A stretch of 64,000 nucleotides of DNA, from the IMG/VR virus record IMGVR_UViG_3300008259_000009. One strand, 5' to 3'. The position numbers were made by a program, and so were the translations under genes. The DNA is from a virus. Below the pieces are notes generated by a model that was not told the origin of the DNA, searched no databases, and worked only from the letters and a program-made list of their open reading frames with translations. This document shows, in pieces, positions 6,999 to 16,730 of the stretch (positions are counted from its first letter, which is position 1; every line of letters starts with the position of its first letter).

Positions 6999-7529
6999 TT
7001 AAAATTTATAACAAAGTATTATTCGTTCAGATATTATTTCTGAATGATACGGAGTGTGACCCATAGTCCATTCTTTAATTATTTCATCATCAATCATGTG
7101 ATGTTCAATATCGTCAGGGCAATCCCATTTATAGGGTAATGAAATGATACAATATTTTGATATTCTTTTTATTTCATCAAAAACTAATTTTTGACTAGGA
7201 CTTAAATGTTCTAAAACTTGTAAAGCAACAAATACATCGTATTCTTTATCAGGTATATCCCAAGGAGTTTTTGTTGCGTCAAAAATATAATTTTTATTTT
7301 TTATATTATCAGGGTCAACTGTGTCAATTTCTAACGCTATAGTATCACTAAAACCCATTAAAGACATTCTATTAGTACCCATCTCTATTGCGGTCTTAGG
7401 ATTTATTTTTTTTAACTCATTAACAACAATCTCACTATATTTCCATCTAAAATGTTTAGATTTATCCCAATATCTATCATTTAATCTTTTTACTTTGTTG
7501 TAATATTCAACTTTATCAACTATATTCAT
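6999..7529 (-). CDS. Class I SAM-dependent methyltransferase-fold protein
   Basis: AIEMGT, FDATKTPW, YDVFVALQVLEHL motifs. Confidence 0.7.
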   Translation of the reverse strand: MNIVDKVEYYNKVKRLNDRYWDKSKHFRWKYSEIVVNELKKINPKTAIEMGTNRMSLMGFSDTIALEIDTVDPDNIKNKNYIFDATKTPWDIPDKEYDVFVALQVLEHLSPSQKLVFDEIKRISKYCIISLPYKWDCPDDIEHHMIDDEIIKEWTMGHTPYHSEIISERIILCYKF

Positions 7530-7627
7530 ATTAAATAAATATAACCAAAAAAAAATAATAGTGTATTTTACGTATAATCGTTTTTTACTCTTGAATGTTA
7601 TTTAATTTTCTTATAATGTTATGAGCA

Positions 7628-8119
7628 ATGGATAAAGTATTAGTATTAAATTCTGATTACACCCCAATAAATGTTACGACATTAATTAGGGGGTTTACAT
7701 TAGTGGATAAAGGTAAAGCGGAAGTTTTAAAGTCAGGTGATAACCCTATAACATCAGGACATAAAAAATACGTTAGACCCCTTATCATACGTTTATTGAA
7801 TTACGTTAGATTTAGAGTTAAACCTTTAAAAATTAATAGACAACGTATTTTTAAACGGGATGGTTTTAAATGTTCGTACTGTGGGATATCTAAAAATCTT
7901 ACTATTGACCATATTTTACCTAAATCAAGGGGTGGTGGAAATACTTGGTTAAATCTAACAACTTGTTGTAAAAACTGTAATAGAATAAAAGATAATAAAA
8001 CACCCGAAGAGGCTGGTATGAAATTGATTAATCGTCCTTTTGAACCTTCATTATTTTCAGAAGTTATTAATCCATCTATTTCAGAGATTTGGAATGAGTT
8101 TAAAAAATCTTATAGTTAA
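7628..8119 (+). CDS. HNH endonuclease (McrA-like)
   Basis: IFKRDGFKCSYCG..LTIDHILPKSRGG..NLTTCCKNCN..K. Confidence 0.92.
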   Translation: MDKVLVLNSDYTPINVTTLIRGFTLVDKGKAEVLKSGDNPITSGHKKYVRPLIIRLLNYVRFRVKPLKINRQRIFKRDGFKCSYCGISKNLTIDHILPKSRGGGNTWLNLTTCCKNCNRIKDNKTPEEAGMKLINRPFEPSLFSEVINPSISEIWNEFKKSYS

Positions 8120-8122
8120 AAC

Positions 8123-8148
8123 AAAAAGGTGTCAAACGACACCTTTTT
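8123..8148. terminator. Bidirectional intrinsic terminator
   Basis: AAAAAGGTGTC-AAAC-GACACCTTTTT between convergent genes. Confidence 0.85.
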
Positions 8149-8208
8149 GCTAGATTTGCTCTCCTTTCTTTTAAAATGTTAAGCCTTTTAGACAAATCTA
8201 AAAGATTT

Positions 8209-9732
8209 TTATGCCATCACTTTTTGTTTGATAGTTGATGCTGCAGAACCTAATTTCTGACCAATACCACCCAATAAAGGACAAATAAATTCACTAACTT
8301 TTTGTTCAACTTTTTGACCAAATGAACTGTCTTCAGCCATCTCAATTAATGCGTTACGTAAAATATCATAACCCGCACCCTCAAATCCTCTTTCAGCTTG
8401 TATTTTCTTAGTGGTACCCTCAACAATTGATTTTGATATGATATTACTAACAAAACTACAATTAGTTAATTTTGGTAATTCACTTATCGGAACGTTACCT
8501 ATTGCCGTTATAATTATTGACCCTAACCAACTATCAGATTCTATTGGTGTAAATTTCTCAACAATCCAAGTTGCAAATTGCTCTTTGAAGTAACTGAAGA
8601 TGCTTTCAGATGCGTTACCGAATAAACCTTTAACCATGTCAAATAACCCTTCTTGGATTAATTCAGGTCTATACCCTAATGAATTTAACTCGGCAGTTTC
8701 TTTAATTAGTTCATTAACAAATTCTCTAATTTCTTTTTCAGTTTTAATACTTTTACCTTCAGTTAATACTTCGTATCTATTTTTAATTACCGTAGTTTCA
8801 CTAATAAGAATATTTTTTTTCTCAATTGATTTTTTAATTAAATTTTCTTTAATTACACTTTTAATGCTTGTTGATTCTTTCATATTCATTTTATTAGTTA
8901 AAAATTCATTAATACCATACTTACTTGTATCACCTATTATATTTTTCATTTCATCACCAACACCTAACGTACCCTCAATAAATTTTTCACCTTGTTCATA
9001 ACAAGCAAAAACTCCACGTTTTAATGACATTAATTCGGCATCATCAACTTGTGCGTTAGTTTTTCTTAGATAATCTAAAGTTTTAATCATACTTCTACAA
9101 TCTTTTTTAGATGTCTCACCACTCTTTACTCTTTTAAGAAGTTTTTTAGCTGATTTACTATCAATCTTACCTGTAATTTCGGAATCATCTGTCGGTCTAC
9201 GTGTGATTCTATCCTTTAATGAATAGTTTTCAGGTGTTTCATCTTCCATTGGATATGCGTAAATAGGACCACCTGTCCCACCTAAATCTTTATAATAATC
9301 TTTATACTTACCACCCATCAGTAGTCTAATGTCCATTCTTTTGTCATATCTACCGTCAGTAATCTCAGGAGCAACTAAAGTATATCCAGCTTTATTTAAA
9401 ACGTCCTCTACAACTTTATTGTCTGCAGTTATTTTAAGTTTTTCTTCGTCAGATTTAAGTTTTTCTTCGTCAGATTTTTTTTGTTCTACCGACTTAAACC
9501 CTTCGCAAGATATTTTACCCGTCTTCAATGTTTCTTTAGTAGATGGATTAATTGCCTCAATAGTTAAATCTTCATAAACAAAAATCCAATTCCCTTTTTC
9601 AGTTTTCTTGTATAAAGCAACTTTATTATTAATAGGGTTAGTTACAAACTTAAAATCATCGGTCACACATTTTTGAGCTTTGATTTCTTTTAAATTTGTT
9701 AATCCTGTATTTTGGTCTTCTTTTAATAACAT
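8209..9732 (-). CDS. Hypothetical protein, putative virion cargo
   Basis: 507 aa; several (I/L)xE junction motifs; same operon as leader-bearing genes. Confidence 0.75.
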   Translation of the reverse strand: MLLKEDQNTGLTNLKEIKAQKCVTDDFKFVTNPINNKVALYKKTEKGNWIFVYEDLTIEAINPSTKETLKTGKISCEGFKSVEQKKSDEEKLKSDEEKLKITADNKVVEDVLNKAGYTLVAPEITDGRYDKRMDIRLLMGGKYKDYYKDLGGTGGPIYAYPMEDETPENYSLKDRITRRPTDDSEITGKIDSKSAKKLLKRVKSGETSKKDCRSMIKTLDYLRKTNAQVDDAELMSLKRGVFACYEQGEKFIEGTLGVGDEMKNIIGDTSKYGINEFLTNKMNMKESTSIKSVIKENLIKKSIEKKNILISETTVIKNRYEVLTEGKSIKTEKEIREFVNELIKETAELNSLGYRPELIQEGLFDMVKGLFGNASESIFSYFKEQFATWIVEKFTPIESDSWLGSIIITAIGNVPISELPKLTNCSFVSNIISKSIVEGTTKKIQAERGFEGAGYDILRNALIEMAEDSSFGQKVEQKVSEFICPLLGGIGQKLGSAASTIKQKVMA

Positions 9733-9758
9733 TGTATTTTATATTAATTTTATTTTAT

Positions 9759-11153
9759 TTAAATCCCAGCTAAAAAATCTTTAACATTAACTGATTCAGG
9801 TTCTATTGTTGTCGGTTCTGAAATAGGTTTTACTGTTGTAGTTGTGGTTGTTACATTTTGTGCAATACCACAAATTCCATCAACATCAGAATCACTAAAA
9901 ATCAATTTACCAAGTTTAGACTGAACAGCCGCTTCTGTTTTAGGTCCAAATAAACCGTCCATTTTAACACCTAAACAACCTTGTACTTTTCTAATTACTT
10001 CAGATTTACATCCTTTATTATATGTTCCACTACAAGCTCTGTATGTTGGTTGGGTTGTTCCTCCACCACCATCTGTGTTAGAACCTCCACCTCCACCATC
10101 TGTGACTACAGGTGTTACTGAACCTTTAACAGGATAATATTCTTGACCATCAAATTCTAATACTAATTTTTCACCATCACATTCCCAAGTACCTTCAAAT
10201 TGACCATTTTTTGCGGTTCCATCATTTCTAAAATAAGTATATCCGTTCATGTCTAACGATTGTAAACCTGTTTTACCTTTAACAGATAAAATACCTGGTT
10301 TAATCTGAACCGCCTTTGAAAAATTGTTGTATCCAACAAAATCAATTAAACATTGACTCCATATCTTAGGTTTTGCGGAAAACCAGTTTCTCCAAAGATA
10401 TATCGCCAACCATCCTGCTGCACCATACATAATTACCTTTTTCCAACCAAGTCTTTTAGCGTATTCAAGTACTTTCAACCCTTTCATTCGGGCCAATTTT
10501 TTAAAACCTTCCCATTTACCTTTTTGAGTATTTAAACTAAGTAAATCTTTTTCAGATTTTATATTTTTACCTGCTTGAACGTCTTTACCTGATGTTTTAA
10601 GGATATCTTCACCTGTTTTTATTTTACCTCCAATGTTTTCAGTTTGTTTAACAATTGAAGTTATCGCCTCTTCGCTATATCCAGCGGCCTTTAACGCTTT
10701 TTCGTACTCAACTTGACCTTTAGCTAATGATGATGAATATTTGTTTATAAAACTTTTGTTTCTTGCTAAGTTACTAGCTGCAGCATCAATTAATGATTTA
10801 TTAGTTGTTCTTGATTTTAATATAGCTAACTCAAGTTCACCTTTTAGAAAACTATTTAGTTTACCTAATTTAATCGCACTTGCAAGTTCTTCAGCGGTTC
10901 TAACTCCCGTCCTCATTCCTTTAGCATCAGTTAAAGTCACATTTTTAAGTTCATTAGCGACTTTACTATCTTTCATCATAGTTTTAAGCACACCCTCAAG
11001 TTCACGAGCCGCAACTCCACCACCTCTAACAATATCTTTTATAACACCTTGTTCTGAAATTACGGATTCAACACTTTCTAAATTTTCAGTTAATGTTGTA
11101 CTCATATCGTATTTCATTAACAATAATTGTCTTTTTAATAAATCTTCACTCAT
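9759..11153 (-). CDS. Putative virion protein with TM segment and C-terminal peptidoglycan-binding-like motif
   Basis: YGAAGWLAIYLW hydrophobic stretch; VRKVQ-type VQGCLGVKMDGLFGPKTEAAV motif. Confidence 0.7.
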   Translation of the reverse strand: MSEDLLKRQLLLMKYDMSTTLTENLESVESVISEQGVIKDIVRGGGVAARELEGVLKTMMKDSKVANELKNVTLTDAKGMRTGVRTAEELASAIKLGKLNSFLKGELELAILKSRTTNKSLIDAAASNLARNKSFINKYSSSLAKGQVEYEKALKAAGYSEEAITSIVKQTENIGGKIKTGEDILKTSGKDVQAGKNIKSEKDLLSLNTQKGKWEGFKKLARMKGLKVLEYAKRLGWKKVIMYGAAGWLAIYLWRNWFSAKPKIWSQCLIDFVGYNNFSKAVQIKPGILSVKGKTGLQSLDMNGYTYFRNDGTAKNGQFEGTWECDGEKLVLEFDGQEYYPVKGSVTPVVTDGGGGGSNTDGGGGTTQPTYRACSGTYNKGCKSEVIRKVQGCLGVKMDGLFGPKTEAAVQSKLGKLIFSDSDVDGICGIAQNVTTTTTTVKPISEPTTIEPESVNVKDFLAGI

Positions 11154-11158
11154 AATAT

Positions 11159-12364
11159 TTATATTTTATTTATATTATATACCGACTTCACATCTGAGTC
11201 TGTTAGTGCGGATGCCAATTCCATCTCACCTTTTTCTTGTTTATACCCACTATAAGTTCCAATACCACCAACTAAAGCGGTTGTTCCAATCGCAGCTCTT
11301 GACCCTCTTGCCAATTTACCAGTTCCAGGTGCAATTGTATGTAACGCCTTAGAAATAAAATTAGATATCCCTTTTAAAAATTTACCAATTTTACTTAAGA
11401 TACCACCAATAAATTTAGCACCCATAGGGAATTTAGTTTTTAACCAATTAACGGCTCTTTCTAAAAGACCAGGGGCTTTTTCAACGGCTCCACCAATTTT
11501 AGTTAACAAGTTTTTTACGGTTGAGTTTTTAGCCGCAACCACTCCCAACTCTTCAGCGGTTTTAACCCCTCTAACAGCACCTTCAAGGGCCACTCTTCCT
11601 GATTTAGCTACTGCCCCCGCAAAAACTAAACCTAAGATATCAACTCCTAAGAATAATAATCTTTGCCAAGTAGGTAAGTTTTCCTCATAATTACCTGTAA
11701 CCATTTCATACACATCTAAAGCAACTATTATTGCCCAAGGAATCCACTGAACCGCTTTACCAATTCCTGTCGCAACTAAAATAGCGTCAAGAATCAACCC
11801 GACAGGATGATACAATGCACTTCTTAGTTTTCTTGCCAACCATAAAACTCCTTTCCCTAATAATGAAAAAACTTCTTTCCATTCACCCTTAGATATTTTA
11901 TCAACAATATCACCAATACCTTTAACACTTTTTTTAGCGAATTCTTTAAATCCGTCAATAGTGGATTTACCTGTTTCGTAAGCCCAATTTTTAAAACTAC
12001 TCCATAATCCTTCATTTAACAGGACCTTGAAATCTGATTTTAAATGTGAAATGTTTTTTGTACTTTCGGTTATAAGTTTACTACTTAGGATTAATTCTGC
12101 CTCTTCCTTTATTTGTTTGGGTAAAGTTGACACAGCAAATGAGTGTGATAAGAAAGTTTTTAAATTATTAAAGTCTTCCCATATATTCCCAAGTTTGGTT
12201 TTGTTTTCAATGTCATATAACTCATCCAAAAATATGATGTATTTTTCATCGGGAGATAACCAATCGGTAATAACAATTTCCTCACTAATGTTATTAGTTG
12301 CGGTTATATTGTATAAACCTAATATATTGTCTTTTTCCGATTCTGTAATCAACAGTTTCTTCAT
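11159..12364 (-). CDS. Hypothetical protein with MKKLLITE leader and Gly/Ala-rich amphipathic C-terminal half
   Basis: 401 aa; hydrophobic helices at LILDAILVATG and LLFLGVDILGLVF. Confidence 0.75.
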   Translation of the reverse strand: MKKLLITESEKDNILGLYNITATNNISEEIVITDWLSPDEKYIIFLDELYDIENKTKLGNIWEDFNNLKTFLSHSFAVSTLPKQIKEEAELILSSKLITESTKNISHLKSDFKVLLNEGLWSSFKNWAYETGKSTIDGFKEFAKKSVKGIGDIVDKISKGEWKEVFSLLGKGVLWLARKLRSALYHPVGLILDAILVATGIGKAVQWIPWAIIVALDVYEMVTGNYEENLPTWQRLLFLGVDILGLVFAGAVAKSGRVALEGAVRGVKTAEELGVVAAKNSTVKNLLTKIGGAVEKAPGLLERAVNWLKTKFPMGAKFIGGILSKIGKFLKGISNFISKALHTIAPGTGKLARGSRAAIGTTALVGGIGTYSGYKQEKGEMELASALTDSDVKSVYNINKI

Positions 12365-12410
12365 ATCTTATTTTATCTTATAAATAGTTTATAATATAAA
12401 AAAGTAAATT

Positions 12411-12662
12411 TTACAATAAAGTATTAGCTTTACCTCTGTTAACTTTTACAATGTCCGCCCATTTAACTATCGCTATTTGATTGGCAGGTCCTCTAGCAAC
12501 ACCTGATTCCCATTTTGTCACTGTCGGATAATCTGGTTTTGTATCTCCACCAGTATCTCCTCCGCCCGCCGTAGTGGTATCTTGTTCACTTAATTCTGTG
12601 TCATATGATTTATTAATAACCATATTCATAACTGAGATTATATTGTCAATTTCACTTCTCAT
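12411..12662 (-). CDS. Hypothetical protein
   Basis: 83 aa; ATATTTAT at 12667-12674. Confidence 0.7.
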   Translation of the reverse strand: MRSEIDNIISVMNMVINKSYDTELSEQDTTTAGGGDTGGDTKPDYPTVTKWESGVARGPANQIAIVKWADIVKVNRGKANTLL

Positions 12663-12684
12663 AGTTATAAATATTAATGGAAAT

Positions 12685-12710
12685 AAAAAACCCCCTAATT
12701 GAGGGGGTGG
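12685..12710 (-). terminator. Terminator of terminator+ATATTTAT cassette type
   Basis: CCCCC/GGGGG hairpin then T-run, then ATATTTAT motif. Confidence 0.7.
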
Positions 12711-12719
12711 TTTTAAAAA

Positions 12720-13064
12720 CTATTTTTTAGATAGTATGAAGAAAAATTGAGACACTGAAATTACTATTAAATTTAACATCAGTAATGGAGATATAATAAC
12801 AAATATAATAATATTAATGTCTTGATATGAATACCCGTAATTTCTACCAATGTAGTTGATGATATCACAGCATTTTTCAAATAAAGTCAGATTATTATCT
12901 TTTAAAAACAAAGTCGCGAACAAATCAAGATATGAATCGTATGAATATCCTTTTAAAAGGTACGGACTAACAACGTAAGATTCGTTACCACAAAGTAAAA
13001 TAACTGAAAAAACGACTAACCAAAAAATAACACTACCCCAATAAATTGATTTTATGAATTTCAT
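12720..13064 (-). CDS. Membrane protein (2 TM)
   Basis: Two hydrophobic segments; TATCTTTG promoter at 13086-13093. Confidence 0.65.
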   Translation of the reverse strand: MKFIKSIYWGSVIFWLVVFSVILLCGNESYVVSPYLLKGYSYDSYLDLFATLFLKDNNLTLFEKCCDIINYIGRNYGYSYQDINIIIFVIISPLLMLNLIVISVSQFFFILSKK

Positions 13065-13107
13065 CTCTTTGTCTTTTTATTATTACAAAGATAATGGATT
13101 TTTTCAA

Positions 13108-14277
13108 TTACGCAACATTTTGAGGATAATCTATAGTAATATTTACTTTTGGTTTATTATTAACATTGGTGTCAGGATGTTCTAAGTAAGCCAAATGTCT
13201 AATACAAGCGTACCACCCAGCCTTCGGGTTTTCATTTTTTATTTTTAATATTTTTTGCGGATATGTTAAGTTTTCAAGTTCCTTTAAATTTGTTTTAGCA
13301 TCAGGAATAGGACTAAAGTCATAAATGTCGGTTACTTTTAGTTTACCATTTTCAATTTTATAAGTAAATCTACCTAAAGTTGTTGCTATCATAAATATAG
13401 GATTACTATTTAAAGTATTCAAAACCATATCTACAGATTTTACACCACCAGGTCCGAACCATTTATCGGCATTTTCTTTACCATAATCAACATATTCGGT
13501 AGCACCTAATTTAGTTTTACCAGTTCTTTTAACCGCATTATTAACCGCAGTTTTAATGACCGCCAATTGGTCAGGTTTAAAGTCGGACTCGTCTAAATCC
13601 CTTGAATAAAATAACTGAATAACATTTGGAAATTGTTTTCTTAAAAACTTTTTAACTCCTCTGACCGCCGCATTTCCCGCTGTTTTAACACCAGAGTATG
13701 CTGGGGACGTAAAAGTTAAAAACGCATCTAACGCAACACCCGCAACAGATGCTAAGTTTTTCACATCATCCCAAAGTGTCCCACTTTTTTTAGTTTCTTG
13801 TTTTAGAGCACTCACATAAGATTGTTTGTAAGTTTTCATCGCATTTTTTGTTTCAGGACCATATGTCCCTAGATAATTGTTAGGTAACTTACCACCTTTA
13901 AACCAATTGGGTTTATTTTTATTCATCCATAATTGGAACCCCATAATGAATTTTTGGTTATTCGCTTTTTGATATTTCTTATTTAAAGTTGATGATAATT
14001 GTCCGTATAATTTTTTTAATGCTACGGGGTATTTCTCTAAACTAACCCAATTGTTTGATTTATCTGTTTTTCTTTTAAAGAACCACTTCATATTCTCTAA
14101 TTTGTAATCGTAAGACTTATCAAAATCTTTATAAACCCCATCATTCATTCTTTTCATTTTATCAATGACATTAGGGAACAATTTTGATTCCACCGATTTG
14201 TTTAAAAGTTGTTCATTTAAAACCTTTCTAATTGAGGTTTTTAATTCCCTTTCATTAATGTTAATTCTATTTTTCAT
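13108..14277 (-). CDS. Putative virion protein with peptidoglycan-binding-like motif
   Basis: ELKTSIRKVLNE leader; FQLWMN..GTYGPETKNAM motif. Confidence 0.7.
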   Translation of the reverse strand: MKNRININERELKTSIRKVLNEQLLNKSVESKLFPNVIDKMKRMNDGVYKDFDKSYDYKLENMKWFFKRKTDKSNNWVSLEKYPVALKKLYGQLSSTLNKKYQKANNQKFIMGFQLWMNKNKPNWFKGGKLPNNYLGTYGPETKNAMKTYKQSYVSALKQETKKSGTLWDDVKNLASVAGVALDAFLTFTSPAYSGVKTAGNAAVRGVKKFLRKQFPNVIQLFYSRDLDESDFKPDQLAVIKTAVNNAVKRTGKTKLGATEYVDYGKENADKWFGPGGVKSVDMVLNTLNSNPIFMIATTLGRFTYKIENGKLKVTDIYDFSPIPDAKTNLKELENLTYPQKILKIKNENPKAGWYACIRHLAYLEHPDTNVNNKPKVNITIDYPQNVA

Positions 14278-14281
14278 ATTT

Positions 14282-14599
14282 TTAAAAAAATTCGGCCTTA
14301 GGCAAGTTACCTGAATTTATTAAGTAATATTCATTTAAAAACGAAATTACGTCATCTTCTAATTCATCATCTTCAAAAAGTTCGTCAAAATCATCATATT
14401 CAAATTCGTCCTCATCTAACAAGTCTTCAAATTCATCAATCCTATTAAGTAAAACATCATAACCAAAATTTTTAATTTCACTAAAATTTATTTGGTCAGT
14501 TCTAATTTCATCGTCAGTATCTAATAAAGTTCTAAAAGTTACGTCTAATGTTTGCGATGATTCATTAATGTAAAACGACACTAATTCCTTAATTTCCAT
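14282..14599 (-). CDS. Acidic hypothetical protein
   Basis: Start at MEIKE; Asp/Glu-rich tract. Confidence 0.7.
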   Translation of the reverse strand: MEIKELVSFYINESSQTLDVTFRTLLDTDDEIRTDQINFSEIKNFGYDVLLNRIDEFEDLLDEDEFEYDDFDELFEDDELEDDVISFLNEYYLINSGNLPKAEFF

Positions 14600-14600
14600 T

Positions 14601-15134
14601 TCAATATTTCTTAAATCTATTGAACATGTCAATAGTTCTATTTAATTGTTCTTGTAATGGTTCAACCATATCGTCGTCAAGTTCATCAAAGATACTATCG
14701 TCGTGGTGGTCACATTCACAGTCAATCATTCCACAAATTGAACATACTTCCTCATTAAAGTCAACAGTTCCGTGTTCTAAATCCATGGGTCCATCACCAA
14801 TTGTATCTAGTTGCATTTCATCTAACTCTTCAAATGTTTCTTCAGGTTCAAATCCGTGAGACCCTGAATAAACGTCCTCAGTTGCTTCATCGGAAAACAA
14901 TCCAGTATCTTTACCATCATATTTCATTTCATTGATATTCATATTTCTATACTCACCAACTTCACCTCTATTATTAACGGTAATACCGTTTTTATCATTT
15001 GCAAAATCTTGGGTATATAATGGTTGTTCATTTGGTTTTGAATATTGAGTCACATATCCGTCATAAATTTCTTTATGCTTGTCTAATATGTTATTTCTTT
15101 CCTCGTTTGTAATATTGAAAAAATAAGCGTTCAT
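14601..15134 (-). CDS. Acidic hypothetical protein
   Basis: FNITNEERNNIL leader; CSICG..CECDH Cys cluster; ATATTTAT at 15148-15155. Confidence 0.7.
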   Translation of the reverse strand: MNAYFFNITNEERNNILDKHKEIYDGYVTQYSKPNEQPLYTQDFANDKNGITVNNRGEVGEYRNMNINEMKYDGKDTGLFSDEATEDVYSGSHGFEPEETFEELDEMQLDTIGDGPMDLEHGTVDFNEEVCSICGMIDCECDHHDDSIFDELDDDMVEPLQEQLNRTIDMFNRFKKY

Positions 15135-15268
15135 AATTTTTTTATTTATAAATATTAGTTGAAAGGGACGGAATGGATGAGATTGAGGCCATTGAGTTTT
15201 ACGATTTTAATATTCTTGGTTTATATGCTGGTGAACAAAATCCTGTTTTTCTCACAATACCATAACAA

Positions 15269-16054
15269 TTAAAAACTTGTCATATAGATTCTTAATACTC
15301 TACTTGCCAAATCTTTAATATGTCTATTAGCCAATCTTAATATTTTACTTTGTTCCATAGAATCCTCATCTTCATCATCACCTAATTTTTCTGAATCAAT
15401 TTTGTACTTATCTTCAATTAGATTCATTGTGACCATAATCATTATATTTCTAGCATCATCTGCCATATCTAATACTTCCTCAAACGCTTCATCGTCGCCT
15501 ATCGTTCCATCACCATAGTGTCTATCAATATAATCTCTACCCATATATAAGAACGGAGAAGCTCCAAACATATTAACTATACCCGACTTTTTAATTAATT
15601 TTAAAAATCTAACTAATTCCAAGAGGTAATTTTTATTATTCATTTTAAAGTATTTAACGACATCGGCATTTTTAATAAAGGTATCCATATCACGGTCTTC
15701 ATTTACCTTTCTTTTTTTTCTTCCTTGACAATGAGCTTTTTGAGAGAACCCTTTTGGGTTTTTACAATCAATACTTTTTTTATATTTTTGAGACCATTTC
15801 TCTTCAATTGGGGATTTTGCTCTGTTAATTAACATCCATCTGTCTGTAGTTGAGAATAGATTATTGGTTGATATGAGGTTACCAATATTTTCTTTATCAC
15901 CATCATCCCAATTAACATAGTAAGCTTCAGAACCATCGTCAGGGTCTCTAAATACACCTCTAACTACACCATAACAACCAGGGTAAGGTTTGGTTTCACC
16001 TTCCATATTTAATAATCTAATTCTATCCTTTTCTTGTAATTTTGGTTTAAACAT
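15269..16054 (-). CDS. Multidomain hypothetical phage protein
   Basis: Includes KWSQKYKKSIDCKNPKGFSQKAHC micro-domain bounded by IEE and VNE. Confidence 0.7.
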   Translation of the reverse strand: MFKPKLQEKDRIRLLNMEGETKPYPGCYGVVRGVFRDPDDGSEAYYVNWDDGDKENIGNLISTNNLFSTTDRWMLINRAKSPIEEKWSQKYKKSIDCKNPKGFSQKAHCQGRKKRKVNEDRDMDTFIKNADVVKYFKMNNKNYLLELVRFLKLIKKSGIVNMFGASPFLYMGRDYIDRHYGDGTIGDDEAFEEVLDMADDARNIMIMVTMNLIEDKYKIDSEKLGDDEDEDSMEQSKILRLANRHIKDLASRVLRIYMTSF

Positions 16055-16100
16055 GATATAAAATATTTATTAATAAATATAACAAGATATTTATATTAAT

Positions 16101-16730
16101 ATGAAAACCACAATTTTAATTACTGAAGAACAAAAAAGAAAACTTATTGTTGAGTCTCTTAATAACGAAATAGAAGATGATGTGAAACAAAGCTATAATC
16201 TTTTTAAACGAATTACAGAATTTTCTAAAGATGAGTTTTCAAACAATCTTGGATTTTTAATTACTTGGGGAGCGGGTATTGGTGGTTTTATGAAACCAGT
16301 TAATGATTTTTTATCAGGCGAGTATCCTGAATTAAGTGATAGAGATACGACATTAATTTTATTAGGTATTGTAGGAACTATTTTTATGGATAATAGAACT
16401 TTTATTGGTGATATTATTGATAAAATTAAAGAAAAAGGTTTGTTTGATGTATTTAAAATCGCACTTAATAAATCTAAAAATTTAAAGAAAACTTTTATTT
16501 CATTTTTAAAATCAATTGATATTAATGTTGGTAGTATGGTGACAATGTTATCTTACGCCTTTATGATACCATCACTAGGACCAATTATAAACTTAGTGCA
16601 AACAGGTCAAGTTACATATGACGATACTATGTTATTTGTTTCGTCAATCGGGATGTCAAAATTAATTACTTTATCAGGTAAAGTTTTAAGTGAATTTTTT
16701 AAGAAACTAATTAGTAAATTACAAAATTAA
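16101..16730 (+). CDS. Hypothetical protein with MKTTILITEE leader, hydrophobic helices
   Basis: ATATTTAT at 16087-16094. Confidence 0.75.
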   Translation: MKTTILITEEQKRKLIVESLNNEIEDDVKQSYNLFKRITEFSKDEFSNNLGFLITWGAGIGGFMKPVNDFLSGEYPELSDRDTTLILLGIVGTIFMDNRTFIGDIIDKIKEKGLFDVFKIALNKSKNLKKTFISFLKSIDINVGSMVTMLSYAFMIPSLGPIINLVQTGQVTYDDTMLFVSSIGMSKLITLSGKVLSEFFKKLISKLQN

